Below are positions 8,083 through 15,492 of a stretch of 64,000 nt of DNA, piece by piece (the first letter of the stretch is position 1; each line of letters opens with the position of its first letter). The notes under the pieces are model-generated. The model had not been told where the DNA came from and made no database searches. It saw nothing but the letters and a program-made list of their open reading frames with translations. The DNA is taken from assembly GCA_007375645.1 (NCBI GenBank), contig VMER01000001.1, positions 69,139 to 133,138 of the forward strand, read 5' to 3'. The translations under genes were made by a program, and so were the position numbers. The DNA comes from Parcubacteria group bacterium LiPW_15 (GTDB lineage: Bacteria > Patescibacteriota > Minisyncoccia > UBA6257 > 2-01-FULL-56-20).

Positions 8083-9924
8083 TTATAAAAGCTGCTTTCC
8101 GGCGAATAATTCTTTTGCCGCATTCCAAAACTCAGGGTGATCCTGTTTTTTTAACCAATACCACCACTCTGCGCCCCAGGTGTAAAAGGTGGAGAAACCG
8201 GTTTGGCGGGCGTAAGCGATATTATTTTTGAAATCATCCAGGCTGAAGAAGCTAAGCTGGGTCGGAATATCCACTTCATATATTTGCCTTACCATCCATG
8301 GTTCAAGCCCGAGTTCGCTTATCACAAATTCTTGGTTCGGTTTGCCGACAAGCGCACGGGTTATGTCGCGGCGCAGGGGATACAATTCCGGAGTAATTGG
8401 CCAGGTAATATAGCCGAACAATTTTGTATGAACTTTGCGGTAGAGTGTAGGGCCAAAAATATCCGCGCGTTTTGCGGTGCGATACCAGTCGCCGAATTCT
8501 CCTCCGTCGGTCATATATATTTTCCGTGTCGGATCCAACTCTCGCACCGTGGCTATCTCTTTCTCGATAAGCGCCGCGTTGGAGCCGGGACATTCGCCGA
8601 ACATCAGGAACGGTTCGTTTTCCACCTGCCAGTAAAGAATATTTTTATCTCCGCGATAGCGCTCTACGACTTCTTTTAGATAGGTAATGAGCTCATCATT
8701 CTTTTGCGCGCTTCCGGGATCTATCCAGGACGGGAAATGACATTCCGGCCAGCGAGGAACTTTTTGACCGACCACCAAGACAACGGGCACGCCTGCTTTG
8801 CGGGCTTCATTCATCTGCCAATCCAAATCTTCGAAATCATACTGGTCTTTTTTCGGCTCTATCTCGTCCCAGTAAGCTATCAGGCGTACGGTTTTTGGTT
8901 TTAAGTCGGTCAATATCGCCGTCAGGTTTTCCTGCCAACTTGAGCCGAAGCTTTTGCTCATTTGTTTTGAGAAGGTCACACCCCAGGTTATTTCTTCGGG
9001 ATCGGGAATCGGCTTAGATTCGTAGCTCTTTTGAAGGCCTAGTCCCAAAAGTCCCAAGAGGATCAAAATTGTGGCGATAATTTTGCCGGCAAGAATCCAA
9101 CCGCGGAATTTTTCATTGAGCCATGCCGGTTTAATTTTCGATATGGCAAATGCAATCAGGAATATAAGGACAAAGCGCACTCCGCTTAAGGATTCTACGA
9201 GCGCCGGCTGAGCTTCCAGGGCAATTCCGTAAAAGATCAGGAATGAGCTGGCGCCGGAAAGGGCGCGGTTCAGGAAATAAGAGATGCGATATTTATGGCT
9301 GGTGTCGGCGGAAGAGCTGAATATTCTTCTGCGCAAAGAGGGGATTGCAAGCAGGCAGAGGGCAATAACACCCGTGAAGAACTTCATAGAAACAAAGACA
9401 GTCACAAAGTTCGCGGTGTTGAAGGCCAGCTTTTGAGAGACGTCGGCTAAGCCGATAAAAAGAGAAGCTAAAATAACCCACAGAAATATTTTTTTGAAAT
9501 CTATCTTTTCGGTAAAGAAAAGAAGAAGCCCGCCGGCTACGAGCAGGGCGAAGGCGATCCCTTCGGCGACGTTGAGAGACGAAAAAGAGAAAAAGCCGGA
9601 AATCAAATACGTAGCGATCGGGGCGAAGCCACCAATAATAGCTAAAGTGCTCGAAACCCCTCCTTTCGCAAGCGCCGCGTAATAAGTCGCGAGAGAAACA
9701 AGGAATAGCGCGCCGGCGAGCAACGACAATAAAATCGTCGTCGTAGACGGAACGGCAAACCCGAATGGCGCGAAGAGGAGCCCCACGAAGTTCAAAAGGC
9801 CTATCCAGAAAATGTAGCTTAAGACTTGATCTTTTTTTGGCTTTTGGTCCAAAAGTATCTTGTCTATAACGAGGGATAGTCCCAAGAAGAGCTGGCCTAA
9901 AAGCGCCCAAAATATTCCACTCAT
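8083..9924 (-). CDS. fusion protein: N-terminal DMT/EamA-like 10-TM domain and C-terminal GH-A clan (GH5-like) glycoside hydrolase
   Basis: about 300 aa of hydrophobic helices; C-terminal WQVENEP (acid/base NEP) and ISELGLEPW (nucleophile E) motifs. Confidence 0.6.
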   Translation of the reverse strand: MSGIFWALLGQLFLGLSLVIDKILLDQKPKKDQVLSYIFWIGLLNFVGLLFAPFGFAVPSTTTILLSLLAGALFLVSLATYYAALAKGGVSSTLAIIGGFAPIATYLISGFFSFSSLNVAEGIAFALLVAGGLLLFFTEKIDFKKIFLWVILASLFIGLADVSQKLAFNTANFVTVFVSMKFFTGVIALCLLAIPSLRRRIFSSSADTSHKYRISYFLNRALSGASSFLIFYGIALEAQPALVESLSGVRFVLIFLIAFAISKIKPAWLNEKFRGWILAGKIIATILILLGLLGLGLQKSYESKPIPDPEEITWGVTFSKQMSKSFGSSWQENLTAILTDLKPKTVRLIAYWDEIEPKKDQYDFEDLDWQMNEARKAGVPVVLVVGQKVPRWPECHFPSWIDPGSAQKNDELITYLKEVVERYRGDKNILYWQVENEPFLMFGECPGSNAALIEKEIATVRELDPTRKIYMTDGGEFGDWYRTAKRADIFGPTLYRKVHTKLFGYITWPITPELYPLRRDITRALVGKPNQEFVISELGLEPWMVRQIYEVDIPTQLSFFSLDDFKNNIAYARQTGFSTFYTWGAEWWYWLKKQDHPEFWNAAKELFAGKQLL

Positions 9925-11150
9925 TCCCCTTTAATTATGGATTTATAGATTTCCGCGCTCGGGCGGAGAGTTCTTCTAAGAGTCCTTCTGTCCACCTCTA
10001 CCAATCCGAACTTGGGCCAGAACCCTTTGTCCCATTCGAAGTTGTCCAGAAGAGACCAATGGAAATATCCGCGCACATCCACCCCTTTTTTAATTGCGGA
10101 TTTTACCGCGGTAAGCGATTCGCGGATAAACCAACCGCGATTTGCGTCGTTCATATCCGCCAAGCCGTTTTCGGTTATGTAGATTGGTTTTTCGTGATGG
10201 GCGAACTCTTCCAATATTTTTTCGAGCCCCCTAGGATACAATTCCCAACCCATGTCCGAGATCTTTTCGTTCAAGTTCCGATTCGGGATCAAATTTACCC
10301 GGCTGTGAAAATAATAATTCAATCCGATGAAATCCAGGTCTTTTATAATTCTGTCCAAAAGCCAATTGTTCCAATAGTATTTTGCCTTTGCGGTTAGCCA
10401 GTTATCCCATTTGCTTCCCGCGGATTCGAAATAGGTCGGATCGGTGGAGAAGCCGATGGAGGCACTTTCCGTTTCGGAGCGGATCGCCCGGTGCATTTCC
10501 CGGTGAGCCCGGACAAGATTTTTTAAAACTTTAAAATAAGCGAAAGGATTGTCATTTTGCGGAGGCCAGATTCCGAAAAGATAGGAATTGCGGGCAAATA
10601 TCTCCGGTTCGTTCAGAGTTATCCAGAATTTAACATCGCTTCCGAATTCTTGCGCGAGTTTTCCGGCATAGCGGGCGATATATTTCGAAAAATCTTTGGA
10701 GCGTGCGCCGCCCTCTTCTGCGAGCCAGGCGGGCAGGGTAAAGTGCCAAACGGTGAGGAACGGTTCGAGCTTGCGCTCGCGCATTGCGCTTATCATCGCG
10801 CGATAATGATCCAGCGCTTCAATATCAAATTTTCCTTCCTCCGGTTCGACTCGGGACCACTCTACGGAAAAACGGTAGGCGTTCGTGCCCATCCCTTTGG
10901 CAAGGTCCAAGTCTTCCTCAAATCGATTCCAATAGTCCGCGGCGATTCCAGAAATATAATTCTCCGGATCAAGCGCATCATTTTTTACAAGCGGCCAAGA
11001 GGGAAGCCTCTTGTATTTTTTTGATCCGTGAGCCAAGCGCGACGCATTCAATTTTTCCCACTCCGTCCAATCGTTATGGTTTCCACCTTCAACCTGGTAG
11101 GCGGAAGTGGAAGTGCCGAAATAAAACCCTTTCGGAAACAAATCATCCAT
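9921..11150 (-). CDS. GH1 family beta-glucosidase/beta-galactosidase
   Basis: FPKGFYFGTSTSAYQVEGG, TLNEPEIF, YITENGLAD; 4-nt overlap with upstream fusion gene. Confidence 0.8.
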   Translation of the reverse strand: MDDLFPKGFYFGTSTSAYQVEGGNHNDWTEWEKLNASRLAHGSKKYKRLPSWPLVKNDALDPENYISGIAADYWNRFEEDLDLAKGMGTNAYRFSVEWSRVEPEEGKFDIEALDHYRAMISAMRERKLEPFLTVWHFTLPAWLAEEGGARSKDFSKYIARYAGKLAQEFGSDVKFWITLNEPEIFARNSYLFGIWPPQNDNPFAYFKVLKNLVRAHREMHRAIRSETESASIGFSTDPTYFESAGSKWDNWLTAKAKYYWNNWLLDRIIKDLDFIGLNYYFHSRVNLIPNRNLNEKISDMGWELYPRGLEKILEEFAHHEKPIYITENGLADMNDANRGWFIRESLTAVKSAIKKGVDVRGYFHWSLLDNFEWDKGFWPKFGLVEVDRRTLRRTLRPSAEIYKSIIKGE

Positions 11151-11235
11151 ATATATAGTATAGCGAAACGAAAATCTTTTTTGTCTAAAATTAAAAAGCC
11201 CCGTTTCCGTCGGTTGGCGGAGCGGGGCCCAGTTC

Positions 11236-11454
11236 TCACTGCGAGAGTTTCTCGAGTGGCAGCACGAGATCAAGCTGCTCAACGTAGTGGTTGCTTCCCA
11301 CTACGTTTTCTGTCACCCATCTGTTCGGATCCGTCGGGGCATGCCAGCAAGCCGTGGAAAGATCTCCTACATCTCCCGGATCTTCCGGGACGAGGGTGAC
11401 ACGCATGATGTCCGCTCCGTCGGACTTCGTTTCAAAGCCGATTTTTGCTCTCAT
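11236..11454 (-). CDS. hypothetical small protein (72 aa), GC-rich
   Basis: SD ggaaggagaag 5 nt before ATG, TTGCAA-N17-ATATAC promoter on minus strand, compound hairpin plus T-tract downstream; divergent from rRNA promoter. Confidence 0.45.
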   Translation of the reverse strand: MRAKIGFETKSDGADIMRVTLVPEDPGDVGDLSTACWHAPTDPNRWVTENVVGSNHYVEQLDLVLPLEKLSQ

Positions 11455-11565
11455 TCTCTTCTCCTTCCCATGTTCGGAATAGGCCAAAACTTGCTGCTCG
11501 CAGTATATGTCCGGAAAGCCAGCATTTGCAATACTTTCGGAGCTTCCCGGGCCCCCAGATAAGGG

Positions 11566-11593
11566 TTGACAAACGGTCGTGGATATATATACT
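11566..11593 (+). promoter_or_regulatory. putative sigma-70 promoter of 16S rRNA (TTGACA-N16-TATACT)
   Basis: consensus -35 at 11566-11571, -10 at 11588-11593, about 170 nt upstream of 16S. Confidence 0.45.
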
Positions 11594-11766
11594 TATCTTC
11601 ACGTGCGGACATCGGTCCGTCCGTTTGTTTCTTTGACATGCTAATAGGTAAAGGTTCAATAAAAAAGAGAGTTTTTTAGTTGTTCCAATTGTGTTTTAAA
11701 ATTGCCTCAAAATTTATTTTGAGAGCGAATCTGGGAGAAGCCTTCGGGCTACTCTAAGATTTTTAT

Positions 11767-13300
11767 GAGGATTTGATCCTGGTCCAGGATGAACGCTGGC
11801 GGTGTGGATAAGGCATGCAAGTCGAGCGGAACTAATTTTGAAGAAGTTGAGATTACATCAAGGCGACGGATTTATTAGTTTAGCGGCGAACGAGTTAGTA
11901 ACACCCTAGTCACGTACCCCGAAGTCAGAGATAGTCCGCCGAAAGGCGGGGTAATACCTGATATTGTCGCAAGACGAAAGCCGCAAGGCGCTTCGGGATC
12001 GGCTTAGGTCCGATCAGCTAGTTGGTAAGGTAACGGCTTACCAAGGCTATGACCGGTAGGGGAGGTGAGAGCCTGACCCCCAACGACGAGACTGAGACAC
12101 GGCTCGTACTCCTACGGGAGGCAGCAGTCGAGAATATTCGACAATGGGCGAAAGCCTGATCGAGCGACACCGCGTGCAGGATGAAGGCCTTCGGGTCGTA
12201 AACTGCGGTAACAAGACTGCAACTCAAGTGAGCGTCTTGTGAGAAGAGGTGGGTAACTACGTGCCAGCACCAGCGGTAATACGTAGACCTCAAGCGTTAT
12301 CCGGATTTATTGGGCGTAAAGCGCATGTAGGAGGTTTTGTGCGTCCTTGGTTAAAGCCCACCGCTCAACGGTGGAAGTGCCCGGGATACGGCAGAACTAG
12401 AGGGAGTTAGAGGTGAATGGAACCCACGGTGTAGGGGTGAAATCCGTTGATATCGTGGGGAACACCAAAGGCGAAGGCAGTTCACTGGGACTTTCCTGAC
12501 TCTGAGATGCGAAAGCGTGGGGAGCAAAAAGGATTAGATACCCTTGTAGTCCACGCCCTAAACGATGTCTGTTAGCTGTTTCGAGTATCGACCCTCGGGG
12601 TGGCGTAGCTAACGCGTTAAACAGACCGCCTGGGAAGTACGAGCGCAAGCTTAAAACTCAAAGGAATAGACGGGGACTCGCACAAGCGGTGGAACATGAG
12701 GTTTAATTCGACGGTACGCGAGGAACCTTACCAGGGTTTGAAATTCTAGGTGAAAGCCGATGGAAACATTGGCCCTCTCTCAAGGACGCCTAGTTCAGGT
12801 GCTGCATGGTTGTCGTCAGCTCGTGCCGTGAGGCGTTCCCTTAATTGGGGTAACGAGCGCAACCCCTGCCACGTGTTACAAGTGTCACGTGGAACTGCCC
12901 AGCTCCAAGATCGGGATTTTTAATAATCGTGATTTTAGAGCTGGGAGGAAGGAGGGGATGACGTCAAATCCGCATGGCCCTTTGATACCCTGGGCTACAC
13001 TCATGTTACAATGGTCAAGACAGCGGGCTGCCAAGCCGTAAGGCGGAGCCAATCTCTAAAACTTGACCCCAGTTCGGATTGGGGGCTGCAACTCGCCCCC
13101 ATGAAGCCGGAATCGCTAGTAATCGCGGATCAGCAACGCCGCGGTGAATACGTTCTCGAGTCCTGTACTCACCGCCCGTCACGCCAAGGGAGCCGGTAAT
13201 AGGTGAAGTTCGTTTACGCGAATCAGCCTAGGATCGGTGACATGGGCGAAGTCGTAACAAGGCACGCGTAGCGGAAGCTGTGCGTGAATCAATTAAACTA
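11767..13300 (+). rRNA. rrs: 16S ribosomal RNA (not followed by 23S in this window)
   Basis: TTTGATCCTGG..GATGAACGCTGGCGG at 5-prime end, GTGCCAGCACCAGCGGTAATAC, AAACTCAAAGGAATAGACGG, GTCGTAACAAGG near 3-prime end; exact 3-prime terminus uncertain. Confidence 0.9.
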
Positions 13301-13461
13301 CTTAGTCGAACGTGTCTCGCTTCCGATCGTGAATCGATCGCGGCTGGAAGCGAGACATGAATTGCTGAAGTCCCTCCATAGCTTTATGCGAAGGAGGGCA
13401 GCACGATTGGGACAACTAAAAAGCTCTTTTAATAAATAGCTGATAGGTTAGAATGTAAAGA

Positions 13462-13866
13462 ATGGAAGAAATCCAGAAGAACATATTAATAGTGGAAGAC
13501 GACCCGTTCTTTTCCATGATCCTCAAGGGACGCATGGAGAAACAAGGGTTTGCTGTTCGCCAGGCTTTTGATGGCGAAGTGGCTCTTACCATGGCTAGGG
13601 AGCAGGCGCCGGATCTTATAATCCTGGACCTTATCATCCCGAAGCTTTCGGGTTTTGAGTTTCTGGAAACTATTTTTTCCGACCCTCAGCTTAACCGGGT
13701 TCCGGTCGTAGTGGCCAGCAATCTCGGTCAGGAGAGCGACATAGAAAAAGCGAAGAGACTTGGAGTATTGGACTATTACGTTAAAGTCCGGACTTCGGTG
13801 GATGACCTCGTTAAAATATTAACGAATATCGTGAACCAAGGTCCGCAAGCGGCGAACCCACAATAG
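13462..13866 (+). CDS. single-domain response regulator receiver (CheY-like)
   Basis: ILIVEDDPFF, DLIILDLIIP, PVVVASN. Confidence 0.75.
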   Translation: MEEIQKNILIVEDDPFFSMILKGRMEKQGFAVRQAFDGEVALTMAREQAPDLIILDLIIPKLSGFEFLETIFSDPQLNRVPVVVASNLGQESDIEKAKRLGVLDYYVKVRTSVDDLVKILTNIVNQGPQAANPQ

Positions 13867-13895
13867 TTCGACCCTGCTCACCATAAATAAACAAA

Positions 13896-14198
13896 ATGAT
13901 AAGCGAAGAAATTCTTAAAAAAATAAAACCGGGCGCGAAAGTAAAGGTTTTTGAAGGCACCACTCCTTTCGAAGGTTTGGTTTTGGCCAGGAAGCACGGC
14001 AAAGAAACCGGTGCGACTTTTACCGTCCGGGCTAACGTTGCCGGTGTCGGCGTGGAAAAAGTTTTTCCGATAAACGTTCCAACTATCACCAAAATCGAAG
14101 TTTTGAGTTCGCCCAAAAAAGTGCATCGTTCCAAGCTTTACTTTGTCCGCGGTATGGCCGGACACAGAGTCAGGAAGAAGATCGGCGTATCTGTATAA
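13896..14198 (+). CDS. rplS: 50S ribosomal protein L19
   Basis: KVKVFEGTTPFEGLVLARKHGK..TFTVR..GVEKVFPINVPTI..KLYFVRG. Confidence 0.8.
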   Translation: MISEEILKKIKPGAKVKVFEGTTPFEGLVLARKHGKETGATFTVRANVAGVGVEKVFPINVPTITKIEVLSSPKKVHRSKLYFVRGMAGHRVRKKIGVSV

Positions 14199-14215
14199 CT
14201 ATAAAAAAAGAAATG

Positions 14216-14241
14216 CCCGGACAGTCCATGGACTATCCGGG
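14216..14241. terminator. palindromic hairpin cccggacagtccatggactatccggg plus T-tract; copy of the rpmE terminator
   Basis: one mismatch versus 7473-7498; followed by TTTTTCGTT. Confidence 0.55.
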
Positions 14242-14262
14242 TTTTTCGTTCGGAGTTCCCGA

Positions 14263-14409
14263 TCACTTTTTTTTGGGGAAGACGCGGATGGATGCGGCAA
14301 GAGCAATGATTGCGAGAAGAAAGAGGCCTGGGTCCTTCTCTCCGAACGCCGCATAGATGGCAGCGGCGATGCTTCCGTAGATGAAGGCGATGGCGAGCGT
14401 TTTTCTCAT
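14263..14409 (-). CDS. hypothetical 48-aa hydrophobic peptide MRKTLAIAFIYGSIAAAIYAAFGEKDPGLFLLAIIALAASIRVFPKKK
   Basis: my own translation (below ORF-track size cut-off); SD GGAGGTG 4 nt before ATG; two hydrophobic stretches. Confidence 0.35.
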   Translation of the reverse strand: MRKTLAIAFIYGSIAAAIYAAFGEKDPGLFLLAIIALAASIRVFPKKK

Positions 14410-14510
14410 GGCTCACCTCCTACTGCGCTCAGTCTCTCAAATATTTGAAAATTTTGCAATCATAGGTTAATCTCCGGGGAGCGCGCGTAATCGACTTTGG
14501 GAGGTGGAAA

Positions 14511-14723
14511 TTGAAAGAGAAGGACTACGTCTTGGTTTATAAAGCACGCGGCAAAAGGAAGTGGGGTGGGACCTCATTTTCTACACACAGGAATACCGGG
14601 CGGCAGTTCGCCATTCGAAAAGCAGAAAAAATCTGCGAGGAGAAGGGATATCGTCCGAAACTTCTTTTTCTTGCCAGACCCGAACGTCCATTCACAAGGG
14701 TTTATGAGTGGAAGAGGAGATAG
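14511..14723 (+). CDS. hypothetical basic small protein (70 aa, TTG start)
   Basis: SD gggaggtgg 4-5 nt upstream; strong terminator accggggcccgcgcccggt plus T8 at 14730-14755. Confidence 0.4.
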   Translation: MKEKDYVLVYKARGKRKWGGTSFSTHRNTGRQFAIRKAEKICEEKGYRPKLLFLARPERPFTRVYEWKRR

Positions 14724-14843
14724 TTACCGACCGGGGCCCGCGCCCGGTTTTTTTTGTTGAAATTTACAAAATATTCATTTTTTCGCTGTTTTATATCCGG
14801 CATATGCTATACCTTGAGAGAAATGATATAATTTAGGAAAGAG

Positions 14844-15491
14844 ATGAAGCCGCTTGGAAAAGTAAATCTAAAATGGTCTCCGGATTTTGCTTATGCGTTG
14901 GGCCTTTTGGCGACTGACGGAAATTTATCTCTGGATGGTAGGCACATAGATCTAACTTCTAAAGATAATGAACAACTTGGAAATTTTTTACGGTGCCTAA
15001 AAATAGCTAATAAAATTGGCTCTAAATATTCCGGTTCCGGTAGAAAATATTTTCGAGTACAAATTGGAGACATAAATTTTTACAAATTTCTTCTTAATGT
15101 CGGGTTTATGCCGGCCAAATCCAAAATTATATCTAAATTGGATATTCCGGATAAGTACTTCTTTGATTTTCTCCGCGGCCATTTTGATGGTGATGGAACT
15201 TTTTATTCTTATCGAGATGCGCGCTGGAGGAATAGTTTTATGTTTTACACAGTTTTTGTTTCCGCAAGCATGGCTCATCTAAAATGGCTAAGAAATAAGC
15301 TTTTTGATAACTTAGATATAAGCGGACACATTTCTTCCAGCAAAAATAGAAGCGCGCATGAGCTCAGGTATGCCAAGGCGGAATCATTGAAATTATTACC
15401 GAAGCTGTATTATAATCCATTGGTAATTTGTTTATCCCGAAAGAGAAACAAGGTAGAGGGGGTATTGGCTTCACAGGGTAAAAAATTATGA
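14844..15491 (+). CDS. single-chain LAGLIDADG homing endonuclease, free-standing
   Basis: two LAGLIDADG motifs: LAYALGLLATDGNL and FLRGHFDGDGTF; not inside an rRNA or intron. Confidence 0.8.
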   Translation: MKPLGKVNLKWSPDFAYALGLLATDGNLSLDGRHIDLTSKDNEQLGNFLRCLKIANKIGSKYSGSGRKYFRVQIGDINFYKFLLNVGFMPAKSKIISKLDIPDKYFFDFLRGHFDGDGTFYSYRDARWRNSFMFYTVFVSASMAHLKWLRNKLFDNLDISGHISSSKNRSAHELRYAKAESLKLLPKLYYNPLVICLSRKRNKVEGVLASQGKKL

Positions 15492-15492
15492 G

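Noticed and set aside
7812-8231. ORFs 7830-8231(+), 7784-8041(+) and 7812-8018(-) overlapping the 64-aa ORF
   Set aside because: They are Arg/Ser/Pro-rich, have no SD, and span the terminator hairpin. Only 7843-8037 has a promoter, SD and terminator.
12018-13199. ORFs 12018-12293(-), 12397-12648(-) and 13011-13199(+)
   Set aside because: They lie entirely inside the 16S rRNA gene.
14844-15491. LAGLIDADG as an rRNA-intron ORF
   Set aside because: The 16S gene at 11767-13300 is uninterrupted and the endonuclease gene is flanked by a terminator and a tRNA, not intron structure.
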